Shown here piece after piece: positions 10,921-21,315 of a stretch of 56,646 nt of DNA (positions within the stretch are counted from its first letter, which is position 1; the number at the start of each line of letters is the position of its first letter). The position numbers and the translations under genes are program-made. This stretch comes from Actinomycetota bacterium (GTDB taxonomy: Bacteria > Actinomycetota > Actinomycetes > S36-B12 > UBA5976): contig VGBH01000004.1 of assembly GCA_016870575.1 (NCBI GenBank), positions 1-56,646 on the forward strand, read 5' to 3'. The notes under the pieces are model-generated. The model was given only the letters and a program-made list of their open reading frames with translations. It was not told the origin of the DNA and searched no databases.

Positions 10921-11737
10921 TAGATTCCATTATCTCAGCCAGTGCAGTAATTGCGCTAGCAGTTCCTTTAACATCGTGAACCCTTACTGCCCAAACTTTG
11001 TTTGCAGCGAGGTAAGCGTTCAACGCATGTGTTGCAGCGTCTTGATCAACCCCAAGTTCTCGTAAAAACTTTTTCCTAGAAGCCCCTACGAGTAAGGGAA
11101 AGCCAAGTGAATTTAATGTTGATATCTCCGAAATCAGCTGCCAATTGTGCTCTGGTAATTTTGCAAAACCGAGCCCTGGATCAAGAATTATGCGACTCGA
11201 CTCCATCCCAGCACCAAGCGCAACAGCAACCCGCTGCTCTAATTCTTCAATCACCTCAAGCACCACATTTGAGTAACTTGCATTTTCATACATATCAGCT
11301 GAATGATTTCGCCAGTGCATACAAATATATGGTGCACGTTTTTCTGCTACTGCAAAAACCATTTCTGGATCAGCAAGCCCGCCACTCACATCGTTAACAA
11401 TTGTTGCACCTGCACCTAAAGCTGCCATTGCAACCTCAGCTCGCATAGTATCTACTGATACACAAGCAAATTTGCTAACTTCACCCACAATTTCAATAAT
11501 GCGATTTAGTTCTTCGTTCACCGAGATACGTTCTGCACCAGGTCTTGTTGATTCCCCACCAATATCTACAACGTCTGCACCATCTTTTATTAGTTCTCTA
11601 GCATGATTTACGGCAGCTTCTACCTGAAGGTATTTGCCACCATCAGAAAACGAGTCTGGAGTGACATTCAGGATTCCAAAAATAAGTGTTCGATTCAATG
11701 AGGATAGTTGGTCTGGCAATCCATCAACTATTTGCAC
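10913..11737 (-). CDS. folP: Dihydropteroate synthase
   Basis: GILNVTPDSFSDGG, DIGGESTRPGA, DPGLGFAK, GASRK, VRVHDV. Confidence 0.97.
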   Translation of the reverse strand: MQIVDGLPDQLSSLNRTLIFGILNVTPDSFSDGGKYLQVEAAVNHARELIKDGADVVDIGGESTRPGAERISVNEELNRIIEIVGEVSKFACVSVDTMRAEVAMAALGAGATIVNDVSGGLADPEMVFAVAEKRAPYICMHWRNHSADMYENASYSNVVLEVIEELEQRVAVALGAGMESSRIILDPGLGFAKLPEHNWQLISEISTLNSLGFPLLVGASRKKFLRELGVDQDAATHALNAYLAANKVWAVRVHDVKGTASAITALAEIMESNE

Positions 11738-11738
11738 A

Positions 11739-12329
11739 TTAACTACTTCGAATCAAATTCATAACTTCGGACCGAGCTGGATCTTCCTTTAGTGAACCTC
11801 GAGAAGTGCTAGTAATCGTAGTTGCACTAGTTTTCTTTATCCCACGCATTGACATACAAAGATGCTGCGCTTCAATAATCACAATAATGCCAGCCGGTTC
11901 AAGTTTTGCCTCAATTGCATCAGCAACCTGATTGGTTAATCGCTCTTGAACCTGTGGGCGCTTTGCATAAAGATCAACAACTCTGGCGAGTTTGGATAAT
12001 CCTGTTATCTTGCCTGCAAATCCCGGCAAATATGCAATGTGGGCCACGCCAAAAAACGGCAATAAATGATGCTCGCATATCGAATACACCTCAATATTTT
12101 TCACAAGTACTAATTCTTCATGACCCAAATCAAAATTAGTAGTGAGTAATTCAGCTGGATTTTCTGAAACCCCGGAAAAGATTTCTTGATAGGCACGGGC
12201 TACTCGTGCTGGCGTATCTTTCAAACCATCTCGGTTTGGATTTTCCCCTATAGCCTCAAGCAATTCAACAACTGCTCGCTGAATTCGATCAGTATCTAAT
12301 CTAGAAGTGTTTTGATCACTTGTTGTCAT
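11739..12329 (-). CDS. folE: GTP cyclohydrolase I
   Basis: [43 protein letters not shown]. Start moved to ATG 12329, overlapping the ftsH end. Confidence 0.96.
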   Translation of the reverse strand: MTTSDQNTSRLDTDRIQRAVVELLEAIGENPNRDGLKDTPARVARAYQEIFSGVSENPAELLTTNFDLGHEELVLVKNIEVYSICEHHLLPFFGVAHIAYLPGFAGKITGLSKLARVVDLYAKRPQVQERLTNQVADAIEAKLEPAGIIVIIEAQHLCMSMRGIKKTSATTITSTSRGSLKEDPARSEVMNLIRSS

Positions 12330-14280
12330 TTTGACTCTGCTTGATTGAACCATTAAGTTCACTTTTGACTGGCACGGACACAGGAGGTAACTGACTCGGT
12401 ACTCGTTTTTCACTTCCAGTCCAAGCTTCGCGTCGATCTTTTCGGATTAGTGGTTCAAATATTTTTGCAACCTCTGCTTTATCTAATGTTTCTTTTTCCA
12501 TCAGAGCAAGAACTAGTGCATCAAGCACACTTCGGTTTTCAATCAAAATTTGATAAGCCTCGTGGTGGGCCGTTTCAATTAGGTTTCTTACCTCTTCATC
12601 AATCGCAGCAGCGATATCTTCTGAATAATCCCGGTGTTGTGTGAATTCACGGCCAAAGAATGGATCAGCGCCATCTCGCCCATATTTAATTGCTCCAAGT
12701 CGTTCAGTCATTCCATATTGAGTAACCATTGCGCGCGCTAACGCGGTTGCCTTTTCAATGTCATTGCTGGCACCTGTTGTTGGGTCATGAAAAACCATTT
12801 CTTCGGCAGCGCGACCGCCCAACATATATGCCAATTTATCTAGCATCTCGTTACGCGTAGTGGAATACTTTTCTTGATCAGGTAACACCATTGTGTAACC
12901 CAGTGCTCGACCTCTGGGCATAATTGTTACTTTGTGCACAGGATCACTTGTAGGTAATGCTGCAGCAACTAAAGCGTGACCGCCTTCATGATACGCCGTA
13001 ACTAATCGTTCTTTATCGTCCATTAATCGAGTGCGTTTTTGTGGTCCTGCCATCACTCGATCAATAGCTTCATCCAATAATTCATTTGTGATTGCTTCTT
13101 GATTAACTCGAGCGCTTAAAAGTGCAGCTTCATTTAAAACGTTTGCCAGATCAGCACCGGTAAATCCTGGTGTGCGTCGAGCAACAGCGAGCAAATCCAC
13201 ATCTTGCGCAAACGGTTTTCCTTTTGCATGTACTTTCAGAATTTGCTCACGTCCGGCCAAATCTGGACGTTCCACTGCAATTTGCCTATCGAATCTTCCA
13301 GGACGAAGAAGTGCTGGATCTAAAATATCGGGACGGTTAGTGGCAGCAATCATGATGACTGTTCCCTTATCATCAAAGCCATCCATTTCTACCAACATTT
13401 GATTTAGTGTTTGCTCTCGTTCATCGTGACCTCCACCTAAGCCTGCTCCACGTTGTCGACCAACTGCATCAATCTCATCAATGAAAATTATTGCTGGCGC
13501 ATTTGCTTTTGCTTGTTCAAACAAATCTCTAACCCTACTTGCACCAACACCAACAAACATCTCTACAAAGTCAGAGCCTGAGATAGAGAAAAATGGCACA
13601 CCAGCTTCACCAGCAACTGCCCTGGCTAAAAGAGTTTTACCAGTTCCCGGCGGTCCATATAAAAGCACGCCCTTTGGGATTTTTGCACCCATCTTTTTGA
13701 ATTTCTCCGGGTTTGCAAGAAAATCCTTGATTTCCACTAATTCTTCAACTGCCTCATCTGCACCAGCAACATCTGCGAAAGTTGTTTTTGGCATATCTTT
13801 AGTAATTTGCTTTGCACGGCTCTTGCCAAAATTCATTAAACGGCCGCCACCTTGCATTTGATTCATAAAAAAGAAAAGTAAAAATACGATTAGCGCAATT
13901 GGTAGTAGTGAAATTAATAGAGAGACCAATATGTTTTGAGATGGCACTCGAACCGTATATCCATCAGCGAGACGTCCCGCCTCTGCTTGCAGTTGCAATT
14001 CTTTCTGCAGTTCTAATCCCTGCCCCGTAACAAAATCAGTAATTGCAGAACTGCCATCTTTAAGTTTCAGTTCAAGGCGTTGATCGCGATCAATAATAAC
14101 CGCACTATCCACTTGATTACCCCGAATTAAAGAAAGCGCTTCTCCAGTGTCAATTCGAGTTGGACCTGTTGCCCGAGAAACTAAGTTGCTACCAATTAAG
14201 AGAAGAAGAGTGCCAATAAGAATCCAAAGCAGCGCACCTTTTTTTGAACGCTTCTTTTTATCTACTTTATTGTCGACCAA
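12316..14280 (-). CDS. ftsH: ATP-dependent zinc metalloprotease FtsH
   Basis: Two N-terminal TM segments, [11 protein letters not shown] motif, HEGGH zinc site. Confidence 0.98.
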   Translation of the reverse strand: MVDNKVDKKKRSKKGALLWILIGTLLLLIGSNLVSRATGPTRIDTGEALSLIRGNQVDSAVIIDRDQRLELKLKDGSSAITDFVTGQGLELQKELQLQAEAGRLADGYTVRVPSQNILVSLLISLLPIALIVFLLFFFMNQMQGGGRLMNFGKSRAKQITKDMPKTTFADVAGADEAVEELVEIKDFLANPEKFKKMGAKIPKGVLLYGPPGTGKTLLARAVAGEAGVPFFSISGSDFVEMFVGVGASRVRDLFEQAKANAPAIIFIDEIDAVGRQRGAGLGGGHDEREQTLNQMLVEMDGFDDKGTVIMIAATNRPDILDPALLRPGRFDRQIAVERPDLAGREQILKVHAKGKPFAQDVDLLAVARRTPGFTGADLANVLNEAALLSARVNQEAITNELLDEAIDRVMAGPQKRTRLMDDKERLVTAYHEGGHALVAAALPTSDPVHKVTIMPRGRALGYTMVLPDQEKYSTTRNEMLDKLAYMLGGRAAEEMVFHDPTTGASNDIEKATALARAMVTQYGMTERLGAIKYGRDGADPFFGREFTQHRDYSEDIAAAIDEEVRNLIETAHHEAYQILIENRSVLDALVLALMEKETLDKAEVAKIFEPLIRKDRREAWTGSEKRVPSQLPPVSVPVKSELNGSIKQSQNDNK

Positions 14281-14357
14281 TGTTTATCAACCTCTTCTTA
14301 CCAGTAGCAATTCATCTGGTGGGATAACCGTAAACCACGTTAAGCTAAATGGCACTA

Positions 14358-14909
14358 TTAGGAGTACATATGTGGAGCAAGCACCGCCACATCTCGTAAA
14401 TTGCGATATTTTTCAGCAAAGTCAAGGCCATAACCAACAACAAAATCATTCGGAATATCAAACCCAACATATTTAACTGTAACTGATACTTTTGCGGCAT
14501 CCGGCTTGCGTAGCAGCGTCAATACTTCAACACTGCGAGCACCTCGAGATCGCAGATTAGATACTAACCAATTCAAAGTTAAGCCGCTATCAATTATGTC
14601 TTCAATTATTAAAACGTCACGTCCAATAACATCTTGATCTAAATCTTTATTAATTCGCACTACCCCACTTGACTTAGTGCCTGAACCGTAAGATGAAACT
14701 GCCATCCAATCTGTATCAGCATGTCGGGTCAAACACCTGATAAAATCTGCCATTAGGACTACTGCACCCTTTAATACCCCAACTAACAATAAATCCTTTT
14801 GTTCGTAATCTGATTCGACTTGTAGTGCCAATTCTTTTAACCGAATCAAGATTTGTTCTTCGGTTAAGAGAACTTTTGTCAGCTCTGCGCTAACTGCTTT
14901 CGATTCCAT
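14358..14909 (-). CDS. hpt: Hypoxanthine phosphoribosyltransferase
   Basis: VGVLKGA, VSSYGSGTKSSG, IIEDIIDSGLT, FVVGYGLD. Confidence 0.97.
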   Translation of the reverse strand: MESKAVSAELTKVLLTEEQILIRLKELALQVESDYEQKDLLLVGVLKGAVVLMADFIRCLTRHADTDWMAVSSYGSGTKSSGVVRINKDLDQDVIGRDVLIIEDIIDSGLTLNWLVSNLRSRGARSVEVLTLLRKPDAAKVSVTVKYVGFDIPNDFVVGYGLDFAEKYRNLRDVAVLAPHMYS

Positions 14910-14920
14910 ATTTCCTCCAA

Positions 14921-15877
14921 TTAGTGCGAGATAGTAAGCCGATTTCCACTGCGTTTCACTTCAAACCCGCCTGGTAAATTGATTTCTTTTTGACCATGCC
15001 AATCAGAGATAAGTTCATCAACAGTTTTGATATGAATTTGATGCAAACTCCCACTTGGAACACCTGAACTAATCAGCCATTGCTGAATTACTCTAGTTCG
15101 AATTGCTTGATGTAAATTAGTCAACGCCTGAACATCCAAATCATTTTCAACTAGACACTCTTTCAAGCAAATCATAGTTTGTTCAACAAAGTATTCACTA
15201 TCAACACGAAGTAATTGCGCAGAACGTACTAAACCTGAGATAACATCTTCACCTAATTCCTGTTGCAAAAATGGTAGAACGTTTTTGCGAACTCGAACTC
15301 GCAAATGAGTTTCATCTGAATTTGCTGGATCGTTGATAACTGAAAAAGTATCTGGTATGGATGCATGGACAATCCTTCTAGCTAACTCCAGTAATGGTCG
15401 AATAAATATTCCTCGAACTGGACTCATTCCAGCTAACGCTTTACTACCCGATCCTCTTACTAATCGCATAAGTACTGTTTCGGCCTGATCATCTTTTGTA
15501 TGACCTAACAAGACAGGTGCACCATTTAATGAATCACCGTATCTTTGCAAAATATCTAATCTAATCTCCCTCGCTCTTGCTTCGCGATTCTCTGCGGGAG
15601 TTGGTTCAGCGACAACAACTTCAACATCGCCTAATCCAAAATTAACAAGCTGGGTGCGTGCAAATTCAGCATTAGCAGCAGATAACTCACTCCATTGATG
15701 ATCAACAATTACAACTTTGACTGCCCAATTGTTTTTTTGAGCTAAGTCATGAGTTGCCAGCGCTAAAGCAACGGAATCGGGTCCACCACTGCATGCAACA
15801 ACTATGTTCGAACCAGTAAAGCCAGCGAGCGCAGACTCAACTGCTGACATAACCTGAAACTTTGGGTCTAATGCCAA
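14921..15877 (-). CDS. tilS: tRNA(Ile)-lysidine synthetase
   Basis: PP-loop ACSGGPDS, GHTKDDQAET, RGSG, DPAN. Start reassigned to TTG 15877 behind an AGGAG RBS. Confidence 0.93.
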   Translation of the reverse strand: MALDPKFQVMSAVESALAGFTGSNIVVACSGGPDSVALALATHDLAQKNNWAVKVVIVDHQWSELSAANAEFARTQLVNFGLGDVEVVVAEPTPAENREARAREIRLDILQRYGDSLNGAPVLLGHTKDDQAETVLMRLVRGSGSKALAGMSPVRGIFIRPLLELARRIVHASIPDTFSVINDPANSDETHLRVRVRKNVLPFLQQELGEDVISGLVRSAQLLRVDSEYFVEQTMICLKECLVENDLDVQALTNLHQAIRTRVIQQWLISSGVPSGSLHQIHIKTVDELISDWHGQKEINLPGGFEVKRSGNRLTISH

Positions 15878-15956
15878 TCTTGCTCCTACCGGCAAGCGCA
15901 AACGATACGGTAATTCCTGTACTTGTAGGTAATCACAATCTACTGACCCCACTGGC

Positions 15957-16040
15957 TAGACTCACTCCCCTACGCTCACTCGGTTCAACTGAGTCGACGT
16001 CAGGCCGACAACCAATTTGATCGGCCTTCCAAGGAGGAAC
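15957..16040 (+). promoter_or_regulatory. hppA promoter and structured 5' leader
   Basis: Two TANNNT boxes (TAGACT 15957-62, TACGCT 15971-76), stem AGGCCGA/TCGGCCT (16002-08/16021-27), AAGGAGG RBS (16031-37). Confidence 0.5.
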
Positions 16041-18317
16041 ATGTTTCGCTCGACCTTGACTGCCGCAAGTACAAGTAACCTAGAAATTGCTGGCAGCAAT
16101 CAAACTCTAGTTTTACTAGTAGCTGTGATTTCAGCCTTAGCGTTGGTAATGGCTGTTGTGTTTCGCCGAGAAGTACTTGCTTTTGGTGAAGGCACAGCAA
16201 AAATGCAAGAGATTGCGAAAGCCGTACAAGAAGGTGCTGCTGCTTATCTTGCTCGACAATTTAAAACGCTTGCAATCTTTGTGGTGCTCATTTTTGGCTT
16301 GCTTTTCGTTCTGCCTGGCACTACCGACGTTCGAATTGGCCGATCGATATTTTTCGTCCTTGGAGCATTGTTCTCAGCCTTCATTGGCTATTTTGGAATG
16401 TCTTTAGCAGTTAAAGCTAACGTCCGAGTAGCAGCTGCTGCAAAAGATAGTGGAATTGATCAAGCAACTCGCGTCGCATTCCGAACGGGTGGAGCTGTTG
16501 GAATGGCAACGGTTGGACTTGGACTACTTGGTGCAGCTGTAGTTGTGCTGATTTATCAAGGTGAAGCTGCAAAAGTTTTAGAAGGTTTTGGTTTTGGCGC
16601 AGCGATGGTTGCAATGTTTATGCGCGTGGGTGGTGGCATCTTTACAAAGGCTGCTGATGTTGGTGCTGACCTTGTTGGAAAAGTTGAGCAAGGTATTCCA
16701 GAAGATGATCCACGAAACGCAGCAACAATTGCAGACAATGTTGGTGACAATGTTGGTGACTGTGCAGGTATGGCAGCAGACTTGTTTGAGTCATATGCAG
16801 TGACATTGGTTGCGGCATTAATTCTTGGTAAAGTTGCGTTCGGTGTTGAAGGTTTAGTTTTCCCACTTATTATTCCTGCAATTGGAGTTGTCACAGCAGT
16901 GATTGGTGTTTATATCACCAAGCCACGCAAAGGCGAAAATGGTTTGAAGGCTATTAACCGCGGCTTTGCCATCTCTGCAGTAATTTCGGCAACACTTTCG
17001 ACAATCGCGTCATATGTTTATCTTCCTGCATCCTTTGCAGGTTTTGCTGGTGTATCAGCAGAAATCACTTCCCTTAATGGTGATCCGAGACTCATTGCTA
17101 CGGTGTCAGTAATACTTGGTATTGCTCTTGCAGCAATTATTTTGCGAGTAACTGGTTACTACACTGGAACCGATAAAAAACCTGTACAAGATATTGGAAA
17201 AACATCACTAACAGGTCCTGCAACGGTAGTGTTGTCAGGTATTGCAATTGGTCTTGAGTCTGCAGTTGTAACTGCAGTAATTATTGGTGCAGCAGTTTAT
17301 GGTGCTTTCCTATTAGGTGGCTCATCTATTGCACTTTCACTATTTGCAATTGCGCTTGCAGGTACAGGTTTACTAACAACTGTTGGTGTGATAGTTGCCA
17401 TGGACACCTTTGGTCCAGTTAGTGACAATGCTCAAGGAATCGCTGAAATGTCTGGTGACGTTCATGGTGAAGCAGCAAAAATTTTAACCGAGCTTGATGC
17501 AGTTGGTAATACGACTAAAGCAATCACCAAAGGAATCGCGATTGCAACCGCAGTATTAGCTGCAACAGCGCTATTTGGTGCTTACCGAGATGCGATTATT
17601 CAGGCGGTTGATGAACTAGGCGCACAATTTGATTTGCTCGATGCATTTAACGTTACTAAACCAAACTCACTCTTTGGTCTATTAATTGGTGCGTCAGTTG
17701 TGTTCTTGTTTTCAGCGCTTGCAGTTAATGCTGTATCCCGCGCTGCAGGTGCTGTTGTATTTGAAGTGCGGAATCAATTTGCAACTCGACCAGGAATTAT
17801 GAATGGTACTGAGCGTCCAGAATATGGTCGCGTTGTAGATATTTGCACTAAAGACTCACTGCGTGAACTTGTGACTCCTGGCTTACTTGCTGTGCTAGCT
17901 CCAATTGCAGTTGGCTTTGGTCTGGGAGTTGGTGCACTTGCCTCATATCTAGCTGGCGCAATTGGTGCTGGCACCTTGATGGCAGTGTTTCTTTCAAATG
18001 CTGGCGGCGCATGGGATAACGCCAAAAAACTAGTTGAAGATGGTGTGCATGGTGGAAAGGGTTCACAAGCACATGCCGCAACGGTTATTGGTGACACTGT
18101 TGGTGATCCATTCAAAGACACCGCAGGACCTGCAATAAACCCACTAATCAAGGTAATGAACTTGGTATCAGTGCTTATTGCACCAGTTGTAATTTCATTA
18201 ACTCTTGCTGCAGAACCAAATACTGCACTACGAATGACAATTGCTGCAGTTGCAGTTCTTATTATTCTAGTTTCCATCTGGAATTCAAAGAGACGAGAAG
18301 TGAGCATTGCTGCTTAG
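16041..18317 (+). CDS. hppA: Membrane-bound ion-translocating pyrophosphatase, K+-independent type (probably an H+ pump)
   Basis: GGGIFTKAADVGADLVGKVE, DNVGDNVGD, GDTVGDPFKD. GNTTKA has Lys at the position that marks K+-independent enzymes. ATG 16041 follows AAGGAGG. Confidence 0.96.
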   Translation: MFRSTLTAASTSNLEIAGSNQTLVLLVAVISALALVMAVVFRREVLAFGEGTAKMQEIAKAVQEGAAAYLARQFKTLAIFVVLIFGLLFVLPGTTDVRIGRSIFFVLGALFSAFIGYFGMSLAVKANVRVAAAAKDSGIDQATRVAFRTGGAVGMATVGLGLLGAAVVVLIYQGEAAKVLEGFGFGAAMVAMFMRVGGGIFTKAADVGADLVGKVEQGIPEDDPRNAATIADNVGDNVGDCAGMAADLFESYAVTLVAALILGKVAFGVEGLVFPLIIPAIGVVTAVIGVYITKPRKGENGLKAINRGFAISAVISATLSTIASYVYLPASFAGFAGVSAEITSLNGDPRLIATVSVILGIALAAIILRVTGYYTGTDKKPVQDIGKTSLTGPATVVLSGIAIGLESAVVTAVIIGAAVYGAFLLGGSSIALSLFAIALAGTGLLTTVGVIVAMDTFGPVSDNAQGIAEMSGDVHGEAAKILTELDAVGNTTKAITKGIAIATAVLAATALFGAYRDAIIQAVDELGAQFDLLDAFNVTKPNSLFGLLIGASVVFLFSALAVNAVSRAAGAVVFEVRNQFATRPGIMNGTERPEYGRVVDICTKDSLRELVTPGLLAVLAPIAVGFGLGVGALASYLAGAIGAGTLMAVFLSNAGGAWDNAKKLVEDGVHGGKGSQAHAATVIGDTVGDPFKDTAGPAINPLIKVMNLVSVLIAPVVISLTLAAEPNTALRMTIAAVAVLIILVSIWNSKRREVSIAA

Positions 18318-18326
18318 GTAAACAAT

Positions 18327-18362
18327 ACAAAGGTGGTAGGGATCATTCCTTACCACCTTTGT
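18327..18362. terminator. Hairpin between convergent hppA and the CopD/CtaG gene; probable terminator
   Basis: 12-bp perfect stem ACAAAGGTGGTA / TACCACCTTTGT followed by TATTT; the right arm lies inside the last codons of the minus-strand gene. Confidence 0.7.
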
Positions 18363-20286
18363 TATTTAACTGCCTCAACATATCGTTATAAGCCTCTCGC
18401 TGCGAATCTCCAAAATTATCTGCTTGACGGTCTAATCTTGCAGCAAGTTGTTGATCTGATTTAGCCCACTGAACACCTAACGCAATAAATACCAACAGCA
18501 TCGGTAGTTCACCAAAACTCCAAGCAATCGCACCAGCTAATTCTTGATCAGCAATTGGATTTGCGAGCCATTTGGGTGCAACCTGGCCAAACCATCCGCC
18601 ACCAACAAGAGATGTGCTTTGCATCAAAATCAGTCCAAATACCGCGTGTAAAACCATTGACATCAAAACCAGCAGAAGTTTAAAGGGGTAGGCTAATTTT
18701 CTTGGTTGGAAATCCGTCCCAATTATTAGCCAGAAAAATAGATAGCCTGATAACACAAAATGAATATGCATCAACACGTGTCCCAGATGACTTGACATCA
18801 AATTAGTCATTAGGGATGAAAAATAGACAACATAAATTGAGCCGCTATAGATTGTGAGTGCCACGAGTGGATTAATAATCAACTTGCTATATCTACTTTG
18901 TAAAGTTATTAGAATCCATTCGCGAGGGCCAAGTAAATCAAATTCAGCCGATTTAATTGATCGTAAAGCTAAAGTAATTGGAGCCCCAAGGACTAGCAAT
19001 ATTGGGACAAGCATTCCTAATGCCATATGTTGAGTCATATGTGCACTCATTGACACCAGCGCATATCGGCTGATTTCAGTATTTGTCACCCACACTCCTA
19101 TAACAACACCAACTAACCATGATGTCGTTCGAAGTGCAGACCAGTTATCTCCTCTTTGGCTTAGTCGTCGCACGCCAATTAAATACAAAAATGTTGCAAC
19201 AGCACCGATTAGCAAAGTAAATGCGTCTGGAGTAAACGTAATGAAAGCAGAAACCCAATTAATTTGATCTGGCTCGGGGTATCCCGTTAACTGTTCAATT
19301 AAAGTTGTTGCTGATATTGACGCTTTTGGAAATGCAATATTTGCGATTACTGAAGAGATTGCCAAAGTACTTATCAATAAACCAACTTCAAGTAAAAGAA
19401 ATCTAATTGCACTAACTGAATTTTTAATCCATCTAGTTCGAAACAAATGAGCTATAAAGATTGCGGTGAAAGTAAGTGTGACTTTTGAAACCACTAATAA
19501 GCCATAGTCAGTAGTGAGTAACTGGGTGAGCGAATCGATTCGTGTGAGTGAATTTGCAACTCCAGACAAAATAACTGTAGCTAGCGAAATGCTTGCTAAT
19601 TTTCCAAAACGCTGAATAGCCTCTTTAGGAAGCACAACTTTTACTGAAGATAGGTGACGATATAAAGCAATAACTCCTGCCACCCAAATACTCATCCCCA
19701 GTACGTGTAAAAAGCCAGAGGTTGTAGCTAAAGCGTGACCAGAAATCCCAGCCGCATGAGCTGTAAGTGCTGAGAATGTAGCTGCAACGACCGAAACAAT
19801 TACCAGAAAACCAATAGTCTTGACAGATTTAGCAAAAATCAATACAAAAAACACAAATACAGAGATAGTTGCTGTCAGTAACAGAGCTCGAACAGTGTTT
19901 AACTCCCAAGAATAAGTAATAAGTAAATCAATTGAAAAAAATTCTGATCCCGAAACTCCCAAAATGTTTATCAAAAGCGATTGAGCAGCGACCAGTCCTA
20001 GTAAAGTCCAAGTTAAACTTGCCACTTTTGCATTACGTTTAAGTTTATTTGCAAATGGAGATAAAACATTTTTGTCATCATTTGGCAGGAACAGAACTAT
20101 TCCGATTAAGTACGACAAGGTGAGAATGCCAAGGAGTGCAGTCAGATACTCAGCAAGAGGTGTCAGTAAATATAGGAAAGGTCCAGCGTCCGGTATTCCT
20201 GTTGCTGGCTCACGCCACCAATTTCCCGATAATGCAAAAGCTGCAATCAGGGTTGGTATTCCTACAAACCATACTATGCGCTTCAA
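18343..20286 (-). CDS. CopD-CtaG fusion: copper-resistance D domain plus caa3-type cytochrome c oxidase assembly factor
   Basis: Many TM helices. N-half HAAG...HVLGMSIWVAG...RFG...SGVANS (CopD-like); C-half HMTQHMALGMLVPILLVLGAPITL, HAVFG, DQELAGAIAWSFGELP (CtaG-like). Confidence 0.88.
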   Translation of the reverse strand: MKRIVWFVGIPTLIAAFALSGNWWREPATGIPDAGPFLYLLTPLAEYLTALLGILTLSYLIGIVLFLPNDDKNVLSPFANKLKRNAKVASLTWTLLGLVAAQSLLINILGVSGSEFFSIDLLITYSWELNTVRALLLTATISVFVFFVLIFAKSVKTIGFLVIVSVVAATFSALTAHAAGISGHALATTSGFLHVLGMSIWVAGVIALYRHLSSVKVVLPKEAIQRFGKLASISLATVILSGVANSLTRIDSLTQLLTTDYGLLVVSKVTLTFTAIFIAHLFRTRWIKNSVSAIRFLLLEVGLLISTLAISSVIANIAFPKASISATTLIEQLTGYPEPDQINWVSAFITFTPDAFTLLIGAVATFLYLIGVRRLSQRGDNWSALRTTSWLVGVVIGVWVTNTEISRYALVSMSAHMTQHMALGMLVPILLVLGAPITLALRSIKSAEFDLLGPREWILITLQSRYSKLIINPLVALTIYSGSIYVVYFSSLMTNLMSSHLGHVLMHIHFVLSGYLFFWLIIGTDFQPRKLAYPFKLLLVLMSMVLHAVFGLILMQSTSLVGGGWFGQVAPKWLANPIADQELAGAIAWSFGELPMLLVFIALGVQWAKSDQQLAARLDRQADNFGDSQREAYNDMLRQLNNKGGKE

Positions 20287-20287
20287 A

Positions 20288-20818
20288 CTATTTTCCTGAC
20301 CTAAGAAAACTCAATAATCCATCTACCGATTTTTCGACCATCTGCAGAACATTCTGATAAGCGGAGATTGGTTCGTAATAGGGATCTGGAATCTCCAGAT
20401 CTTCATGATTATTTTCAACATCAGTTATGTCGAAACTAGCGTCAAACTGTTTCAAGTAAAATATTTTTTGCGTATGCAGTTCATTTGAAGTCAGAGAATA
20501 CAAATTCTGAAAATTTAATTTGTCCATTACTAGAAGTAAATCTTGTTCGTTAAACATATATTCTTTGAATTGTTGAGCTATGTGTTCATAAACATAACCA
20601 GCTTCTTCCCACACTAATTTGGATTTTTCATTTGGTCCATCACCTATGTGCCAAGACCCGGTGCCAGAACTAGAAACGACAATCTTTGGACTTGTCCAGT
20701 CTTTAGTTTTATTTGATAACACCGCTGCCGCCATAGGTGATCGACAAATGTTACCCAGGCAAACCATCATGATACTCAACTGTGGCTTTTTTAGCAGGTG
20801 CATTAAATATTCATTCAA
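20288..20818 (-). CDS. Low-molecular-weight protein-tyrosine phosphatase (PtpA-like)
   Basis: P-loop VCLGNICRSP, SSGTGSWHIG, IPDPYY. Confidence 0.92.
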   Translation of the reverse strand: MNEYLMHLLKKPQLSIMMVCLGNICRSPMAAAVLSNKTKDWTSPKIVVSSSGTGSWHIGDGPNEKSKLVWEEAGYVYEHIAQQFKEYMFNEQDLLLVMDKLNFQNLYSLTSNELHTQKIFYLKQFDASFDITDVENNHEDLEIPDPYYEPISAYQNVLQMVEKSVDGLLSFLRSGK

Positions 20819-20872
20819 TTTGGCACTCCTCTTTGGCTAAGGTTAGCCTAGTTGAAAACTGTTGGGAGTTTT

Positions 20873-21259
20873 ATGAACTTCATATCTGGCATGCGATTGA
20901 CTTTGAGGTTTGGTTCAACCGTGTTCGGTATTAGCGCAATCTTTTTGATAATTTTTCCTAAATTTTTCCTGGGACTTTTGGACTTAAGTGCAAATTCAGA
21001 TCTAATTTGGTCAATGCAAATGATTAGTATCACGCTAATTGCTTTAGCTGGAAATATGCTAATTGTTAGCGTTACGGCGCCAGATAAAGGTGTGATTAAC
21101 TCGGCTTTAATTATGATGATTTCAGCAACTGGTCTTGGTGTTCTCACATTATTGATTCCAGCTGATTTAAATTGGTTCTCGATTGTTTATTCAACAATCG
21201 GATTTGCCTTTGGTGCTATATATGCCACCTTATTACTTAGATGGCGAAGTTCACGCTAG
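20873..21259 (+). CDS. Hypothetical four-helix membrane protein
   Basis: ORF with four hydrophobic segments; GGGAG RBS before ATG 20873. Family not recognised. Confidence 0.75.
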   Translation: MNFISGMRLTLRFGSTVFGISAIFLIIFPKFFLGLLDLSANSDLIWSMQMISITLIALAGNMLIVSVTAPDKGVINSALIMMISATGLGVLTLLIPADLNWFSIVYSTIGFAFGAIYATLLLRWRSSR

Positions 21260-21315
21260 GCTAATCACAGAAATCTACAAACTCAGAAGGGCTGGCAGTT
21301 TTGCTGCCACAAAAA

